A DNA stretch of 64,000 nt from Eledone cirrhosa (lineage: Eukaryota): positions 364,870,001 through 364,934,000 of the forward strand of contig OZ024742.1 of the NCBI GenBank assembly GCA_964016885.1, written 5' to 3'. Shown here piece by piece: positions 55,491 through 64,000 of the stretch (its first letter is position 1; every line of letters starts with the position of its first letter). A program made the translations under genes and the position numbers. The notes under the pieces were generated by a model that worked only from the letters and a program-made list of their open reading frames with translations, did no database searches and was not told the DNA's origin.

Positions 55491-55493
<3 letters not shown>
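55303..55493 (+). mobile_element. Family H140 copy including a degenerate HHR 5' half
   Basis: ATCCC-CTGGAAA-..CGGCTA...TAGCCG-TC-GAAA-CGGC-ttgagctct-GCCG-TC-GGGGT; tail ends in (TA)n. Confidence 0.72.
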
Positions 55494-55530
<37 letters not shown>

Positions 55531-55745
55531 TTTCTGAATTTGTTTAGCAAGATTCTTTATCTGAAAACGTGTGCTGAAACCGATATTGTTATACTTTGGG
55601 GGGGGGGGGGTCATGTTGCCAATAAGAAACACACGCACCAGTCGTTTCACTTCAATTTATTATAATAAATTTATAAATTTAGGAATTTATAAATTTCCGG
55701 TTGGTTGGTTGGTTCCACAACCAGATGGTTGTTTATATATTGCCA

Positions 55746-56430
55746 GAACCAAATGGGAAAAAATGGTAAATAATGACACAAATGGGACCTGCCCCTTGTA
55801 TAGGAGCAAATTTTGGAATAGAATAGAAAGAACTAGGAATAAGGCTAATAGAATAAACTCATGGTATGATAGCAATAAATACCAGAGTGTAATGTTCATC
55901 GATACAACCCCTAGAGGTGAATTAGCTTACAAATTTAGAAGGGCCCTAGATAAACATAAACTCAATATTAAGAAAGTAGAAAGACCAGGTACCTCCATAA
56001 AAACACTTATTAGCGAGACATACCCTTTTCAAGGACCTCCCTATATAGATAAGAAATGTATAATCTGTAAAATATGCCCCCATATTAACTGTAAAACAAG
56101 AAATGTAGTATATAGCATAAGATGTACTGAAGGACAATGTAGAGATACAAATATAGTGTACATAGGTGAGACAGCTCGTAGTATAGGGGAACGGATAAAT
56201 GAACACTGGCGAGAGCTTCAAGATAGTAAAGAATCATCTGTACTCTACCAACATGCTAAAATAGGACATACGGGTAAATTAGAGAACATAGAAATAAAAA
56301 TAGAATCTACACACAGAAAAGACGCAATGTTTAGACAAATCACAGAGGCAATAAACATAAATGAATTATAAGCAAAATTAAATAGAAAGCATGAGTGGAA
56401 CAGCAACATCACAACTTACAATTAAGGACA
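55746..56430 (+). pseudogene. Penelope linker + GIY-YIG endonuclease fragment
   Basis: YQSVMFIDTTPRGELA..CIICK..NCKTRNVVYSIRC..YIGETARSIGERINEH..RQITEA; the first ~57 aa of ORF 55571 derive from the inverted repeat. Confidence 0.9.
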
Positions 56431-56624
56431 AAATGAAAACAGACACGCACATACAACAAACAACCAACCAGTAACATGTAAATAAACAAATAAATAAACG
56501 AATAAAAAACACACAGACACCCGGATGTAACACATGCGCAAACTAAGCACAACACACACACAAAAACAAGATGGCGTAGGGCAGAACAAAGGAGAGGCAC
56601 AAAAAGCAAAGAAAAGAATCCCCA

Positions 56625-56667
56625 GTCACTGAAGAGGTCACAGAATGTGTGACGAAAGAACTTTGAC
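56625..56667 (+). ncRNA. Minimal type I hammerhead ribozyme in the Penelope pLTR
   Basis: GTCA-CTGAAGA-G-GTCACA-gaatg-TGTGAC-GAAA-G-aa-C-TT-TGAC; cleavage predicted after 56663. Confidence 0.82.
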
Positions 56668-56813
56668 AATATATAAACAACCATCTGGTTGTGGAACCAA
56701 CGAACCAACCGGAAATTTATAAATTCCTAAATTTATAAATTTATTATAATAAATTGAAGTGAAAGCAGCTGGTGCGTGTGTTTCTTATTGGCAACATGAC
56801 CCTCCCAAAGTAT

Positions 56814-56898
<85 letters not shown>

Positions 56899-56902
<4 letters not shown>

Positions 56903-56966
56903 GTTAAAACGATCAAATTTTAGTTTAGAACATGTTCAAAACTAAAATTTGATCGTTTTAATACTT
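56899..56966. repeat. 68-bp near-perfect palindrome abutting (TA)n
   Basis: AAGTGTTAAAACGATCAAATTTTAGTTTAGAACA|TGTTCAAAACTAAAATTTGATCGTTTTAATACTT. Confidence 0.9.
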
Positions 56967-57099
56967 GTATCGCGGCTCTGTAAAACACTTGAAAATGTAC
57001 ATTGAGCTTTTTGTGATACCGGTAACCGGCTAGTACTTAGTACTACCCTCCATATTTATAGTTGTATCTATCAAACATATAAATATAAATATTCTTATT

Positions 57100-58049
<950 letters not shown>

Positions 58050-58053
<4 letters not shown>

Positions 58054-59043
58054 GAAAGAAGGTTTACATGGATTGCTATACAAAAAAGTTTTTAATCACA
58101 TAGCTTACATTTGTTTCACTGAACTGGTATGTCTAGAGATCGCTATCCGCTTAATTTTGCGTTACTCGATCGCCAATACAGAATTATAACCAGTCAGATC
58201 TTCGGAGCATGCGAGAATGAAGAAAATACACAGGCAAGAAAAGAAAAGAAAATACAGGCTTCCATATGAAGTAGTGATGGCATTCAATTAGAACATAACA
58301 ACAATTACAACAATGCTATCAATAAATTATTTAAGGAGACCCTGACATTACTTAGGTGGGGGTATATAATGTATCTAATGTTACGGCGTGTAAAACTAGC
58401 TGTCATAAGGCAAAAAGTATCGTAGTGTATATCAATTTTAAATTATAAAGATAAGCTAGTTTTTACAGTCTTTCTCTTCATATTCAACAGTATACATGAG
58501 TGGGACCACTGTCAAAGCTAAATAGTTGTAGAGTTAATACAGAGGTTAACGAATTAATATACGCATATATTTACGCACACACACACACACACACACATAC
58601 ACACACGCATACACACACACATATATATATATATATATACACATATATACACATGCATGTGTACATAGACACATACATACACATCAATATACACTCGTAC
58701 AAAAATATACATGCATGCAAAGAGAAAAGAGTGCTAATTGTAATTATGTCAAATAATTTATTGATAGCATTGTTGTAATTGTTGTAATTGTTGTTATTGT
58801 TCTAATTGAATGCCATCACTACTTCATATAGTAGCCTGTACTTTCTTTTCTTTTCTTGCCTGTGTATTTTCTTCATTCTCGCATGCTCCGAAGATCTGAC
58901 TGGTTATAATTCTGTATTGGTGATCGAGTAACGCAAAATTAAGCGGATAGCGATCTCTAGACATACCAGTTCAGTGAAACAAATGTAAGCTATGTGATTA
59001 AAAACTTTTTTGTATAGCAAACCATGTAAACCTTCTTTCCTGA
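58050..59043. mobile_element. ~285-bp inverted repeats around a 420-bp spacer; each arm carries an HHR-like fold
   Basis: 58050-58332 is the reverse complement of 58751-59043. At 58879-58997: TCGCAT-GCT-CCGAAGA-T-CTGA-CTGGT...ACCAG-t-TCAG-T-GAAAC-aaat-GTA-AGC-t-ATGTGA. Confidence 0.85.
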
Positions 59044-59219
59044 TTTATTATTACTCGAAGTGTTTACAACATAGGAATTACGGCATACCCGCAGCATCAC
59101 TATGAAAACGCCTTGTTGAGTCAAACCAAGCCAAGCGTTAATATCATCCACTACCTGGAATACCATAACTAGGACTTCACCTAAGTGGACTGCATTTACC
59201 TATTATTTGTTAATCCGTA

Positions 59220-59351
<132 letters not shown>

Positions 59352-59355
59352 CATA

Positions 59356-59387
<32 letters not shown>

Positions 59388-59394
59388 CATACAA

Positions 59395-61120
59395 TTGTAC
59401 GTCTATATACATATATGTATGTACGTATACATACTTATATTTAAGTAACAGCCGTACTAAGAGTGGGAAATGAAATTTCGTTTCATTTTTTTCCGTTTAT
59501 CGTTTTCGGTGCACCCGGCTGATTAACCCACTCGATATGCAAATTGGGCAACTCAGCCGTTAATATGCATAAGGTAAGTATATACGTTCAACAATCTGGC
59601 AGGAAGGTGTACGTTGCTGACGATAGCTAATAAGCTTGAAACTAGTACAGCGTTCCTTTGTCAGTGTTGAACAAACGAGCAACGATGGTTGCTAGACACT
59701 ACGGCTTAATGCGGGATGTTTGTTTACAAACACACCGAGCATTATAATAAATGTTCGGTGAATCCATACGTACATATATATATGTGTGCATGTATGTATA
59801 TATATATACATACTACTGTCCGTCTGTATACATATATGTATTTACGTTTACATACATATATGTAAGTAACAGCCGTACTAAGAATGGGAAATGAAATTTC
59901 GTTTCATTTTTTCCGTTTATCGTTTTCGGTGCACCCGGCCGATTAAACCACTCGATATGTAAATTGGGCTACTCAGCCGTTAATATGCATAAGGTAAGTA
60001 TATATGTTCAACAATCTGGCAGGAAGGTATACGTTGCTGACGATAGCTAATAAGCTTGAAACTAGTACAGCGTTCATTTGTCAGTGTTGAACAAACGAGC
60101 AACGATGGTAGCTAGACACTAAGGCTTAATGCGGGATGTTTGTTTACAAACACACCAAGCATTATAATAAATGTTCGGTGAATCCATACGTACATATATA
60201 AATGTGTGCATGTATGTATATATATACACACTACTGTACGACTGTATACATATATGTATGTACGTATACATACTTATATTTAAGTAACAGCCGCACTAAG
60301 AGTGGGAAATGAAATTTCGTTTCATTTTTTTCCGTTTATCGTTTTCGGTGCACCCGGCTGATTAACCCACTCGATATGCAAATTGGGCAACTCAGCCGTT
60401 AATATGCATAAGGTAAGTATATACGTTCAACAATCTGGCAGGAAGGTGTACGTTGCTGACGATAGCTAATAAGCTTGAAACTAGTACAGCGTTCCTTTGT
60501 CAGTGTTGAACAAACGAGCAACGGTGGTTGCTAGACACTACGGCTTAATACGGGATGTTTGTTTACAAACACACCGAGCATTATAATAAATGTTCGGTGA
60601 ATCCATACGTGCATATATATATGTGTGCATGTATGTATATGTATATATACATACTACTGTACGTCGGTATACATATATGTATGTACGTGTACATACTTAT
60701 ATTTAAGTAACAGCCGTACTAAGAGTGGGAAATGAAATATCGTTTCATTTTTTCCGTTTATCGTTTTCGGTGCACCCGGCCGATTAACCCACTCGATATG
60801 CAAATTGGGCTACTCAGCCGTTAATATGCATAAGGTAAGTATATACGTTCAACAATCTGGCAGGAAGGTATACGTTGCTGACGATAGCTAACAAGCTTGA
60901 AACTAGTACAGCGTTCCTTTGTCAGTGTTGAACAAACGAGCAACGATGGTTGCTAGACACTACGGCTTAATGCGGGATGTTTGTATACAAACACACCGAC
61001 CATTATAATAAATGTTCTGTGAATCCATACGTACATATATGTGTGTGCATGTATGTATATATATATGCATACTACTGTACGTTTGTATACATATATGTAT
61101 GTACGTGTACATACTTATAT
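59395..61120 (+). mobile_element. Second, more diverged array of the 422-bp HHR unit (~4.1 copies)
   Basis: HHRs start at 59611, 60031, 60450, 60872 (spacing 420/419/422); cores intact; loop II AACA/AATA variation. Confidence 0.95.
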
Positions 61121-61164
61121 ATATATATAAATATATAATATATATAAATATATATATATATATA

Positions 61165-61470
61165 TATGATATTAAATAAATGGAAACTATATTTATAAAA
61201 CCATATTTATTTCGTTATATATATTTCAGGGATATCATATTAACAATATGTTATGCCATCTTCAGACAAAATACAATATAAACAGTCTTATAAATAAATA
61301 GATACGACATACCTTTCAATCACCTTGCATTTGTGAGGTTGATATAAGACTGTTTATATTGTATTTTGTCTGAAGATGGCATAACATATTGTTAATATGA
61401 TATCCCTGAAATATATATAACGAAATAAATATGGTTTTATAAATATAGTTTCCATTTATTTAATATCATA
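61165..61470. mobile_element. Foldback cassette (128-bp arms, 50-nt spacer) with an HHR on each arm
   Basis: 61165-61292 is the reverse complement of 61343-61470. At 61362-61427: TATTTTGT-CTGAAGA-T-GG..CATATT-gtt-AATATG..CC-T-GAAA-TATATA-TA-ACGAAATA. Confidence 0.85.
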
Positions 61471-61562
61471 AATATACTCCAAATACTTGTTGAGTGCTTT
61501 TATATCAGTTATAAATATTTACTCGTTGTTAACCCAACAATTTAAATATAACTTTCCATGTA

Positions 61563-61652
<90 letters not shown>

Positions 61653-61658
61653 TATATC

Positions 61659-61710
<52 letters not shown>

Positions 61711-61727
61711 TATATCTATATATATAA

Positions 61728-61798
<71 letters not shown>

Positions 61799-61815
61799 CA
61801 TATCTATATATATAA

Positions 61816-61884
<69 letters not shown>

Positions 61885-61888
<4 letters not shown>

Positions 61889-62468
61889 TGCCACTGTACG
61901 TCTGTATACATATATGTATGTACGTATACATGCATACTTACATTTAAGTAAGTGCCATACTAAGAGTGAGAAATGAAATTTCGTTTTCATTTTGTTTCAA
62001 TTTAACGTTTTCGGTATGCCTGACCGATTTAACTCACTCAATATGCAAATTAGGCTGCTCAGCCGTTAATTTTCATAAGGAAAGTATATACTTTCGAACG
62101 TTCAACTATCTGGCAGATGGGTAAACGGTGCTGATGATAGCTAAAAAGCTTGAAACTAGTACATCGTTCCTGTGTCAGTGTTGAACAAAAAGGTGACGTG
62201 GTTGCCTTAACACCGTATGGCATAAATTCAGGCTGTTCAGTTTGTTTACAAACGAACAAAGCGACGTTATAACAAGCGCCGCTAAACTGATACGTGCATA
62301 TATGTATGTGTACCTGTATGCATATGTATATATATATGTATATATATATATGTGCATGCTACTGTACGTCTGTATACATATATGTATGTACGTATACATG
62401 CATACTTACATTTAAGTAAGTGCCATACTAAGAGTGAGAAATGAAATTTCGTTTTCATTTTGTTTCAA
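61885..62468 (+). mobile_element. Retrozyme-like repeat, subfamily B (~1.4 units)
   Basis: Homologous to the 422-bp unit and near-identical to the reverse complement of 42560-43318; flanked by (TA)n. Confidence 0.88.
62124..62168 (+). ncRNA. Minimal type I hammerhead ribozyme (subfamily B)
   Basis: AACGGTG-CTGATGA-T-AGCT-aaaa-AGCT-T-GAAA-CTAG-TA-CATCGTT. Confidence 0.88.
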
Positions 62469-62530
62469 TATATATATATATATATATATATATAGTGGTT
62501 TGTGTGTGTGTGTATATATATATATTGGAT

Positions 62531-62595
<65 letters not shown>

Positions 62596-63249
62596 CTAAA
62601 ATATCTACACAATCCACTAAATATATATTACACATGTCTGTATCGTTTCTGACTCCATATAAGTGTGTGTGGTAGATGGGGAAGATTAATGAAACGTATG
62701 ACGTTATTCGCTAGAAATGTAGTGAAGTTTGGTTGTAAACATAGATAACTAGATTCTAGTACAAATGAATAGAATCTACACAACTGCCTTTCCAATTCCA
62801 CGTCTGTTAATAAAACGTGATGGGAAAATCTAACAAGCTCAGGAATTGGAATTGCAGAATATAAAGCTTTCTAATCTACGACGAAATATATTTAGGTTTT
62901 CAGATAATGAGGTATTAAAATCTACGAGTGTATGTGGTCCGTCTTTTAAACATTTTTTTATAGAAAGCATTTAACACTTTTCTTTGCGCAGTAACTACAT
63001 CTTTTCTATCTAAAGGGATGGTTTTTATCAGCCAATGAAACCTGATAGTTATCTATCTAAGTAGATAAAAAAAAAACATTGTTTTACCCATATATAGAGG
63101 TATTGATGTACAGTACAGCATTTCGCTTTGTAATCACATGGGTCCTTATTTCACATCCACTGCACCACATATTAAGCAAAGGTCATCTATATTCTCGGGT
63201 TGATACATTATTGGTGAATGAAATTTGTTGGATGGAAACTGTAGAAACT

Positions 63250-63313
<64 letters not shown>

Positions 63314-63610
63314 AGCTTCTACAGTTTACATCCACTACCTATATATGTGTTCACCCCTCTCATATATCCAATTGTATATATATATATATATATATATAGA
63401 TAGATAGATAGATATAGATAGATATATATATATTGGTAAACGGAATAGAAAACGCTGACAAATATTTCACAATGAAAACTAGTTTAATTAGGAATAAGTG
63501 AGAATTAGTAATATTCAGTTTAGTATTCAGTTAGTATTCAGTTTTGGTTTTAAGTTTTACCGGTTGCGCATTTCTAATGCTTTTCAAAAATAATTTTGAG
63601 ATAGAGCGTC

Positions 63611-63678
<68 letters not shown>

Positions 63679-64000
63679 GTTTGTAGTTGTAAGGCCAAGA
63701 CAATGCAGGTATGGATATAGAATATAAATGCAAAAACAAAAGATATTGTTGACAATTATTCTTTTACCTTAAATTTATTTAAATATCGTTAATTTTCGAG
63801 ATAATATCTCTTTTTCGGAGGCAAGTAAAGTGGTTAATCCAGTATTCTAATTAGCTTGCCAAGTCATGCTGACAGGAAATGGTATAGAGATTCCATTCTA
63901 TCTCTAATGTCAAAGAGTGAAGGTTAGGTAGATAAAGAGTAGTCTCCCTTTAAAAGGGATTTTGTACATGTTTGTTTAAGTGTGTTGGAGAATACGTGAA

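Larger units (their letters stand above)
55583..56820 (+). mobile_element. Truncated Penelope-like element bracketed by ~160-bp inverted pLTR copies
   Basis: 55583-55745 is the reverse complement of 56664-56820; internal GIY-YIG coding sequence homologous to 39350-39990. Confidence 0.92.

Noticed and set aside
55571-55745. N-terminal extension of the Penelope ORF
   Set aside because: It is the inverted pLTR copy read in frame by chance.
63800-64000. Possible minus-strand GIY-YIG remnant (RILQH..EYWI)
   Set aside because: Too short, interrupted by stops and cut by the window edge.

Overview
Gene-poor, AT-rich animal heterochromatin-like DNA; SINE fragments suggest a cephalopod/mollusc, which is an inference. 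Positions 1-22.76 kb are a 20-bp satellite with higher-order structure. The remaining ~41 kb is a patchwork of (TA)n microsatellites separating retroelement pieces: one RTE-type 3' fragment, two CR1-type LINEs in opposite orientation, two Penelope-like (RT/GIY-YIG) fragments, SINE remnants and a hAT-type MITE. No host gene is supportable. The main non-obvious signal is an unusually dense set of type I hammerhead ribozyme (HHR) motifs. By hand I count about 30 intact or decayed motifs in about 11 sequence families. They include (i) a 422-bp tandem repeat with one minimal, dimer-type HHR per unit (retrozyme-like; 12 copies in two arrays plus 2 copies of a diverged subfamily with a covarying stem), (ii) non-coding foldback cassettes with an HHR on each arm, set in (TA)n, and (iii) HHRs at the 3' ends of the Penelope elements, one with an inverted terminal copy that starts at the predicted cleavage site. 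All folds were derived by eye, coordinates are approximate to a few bases, and no activity is shown.
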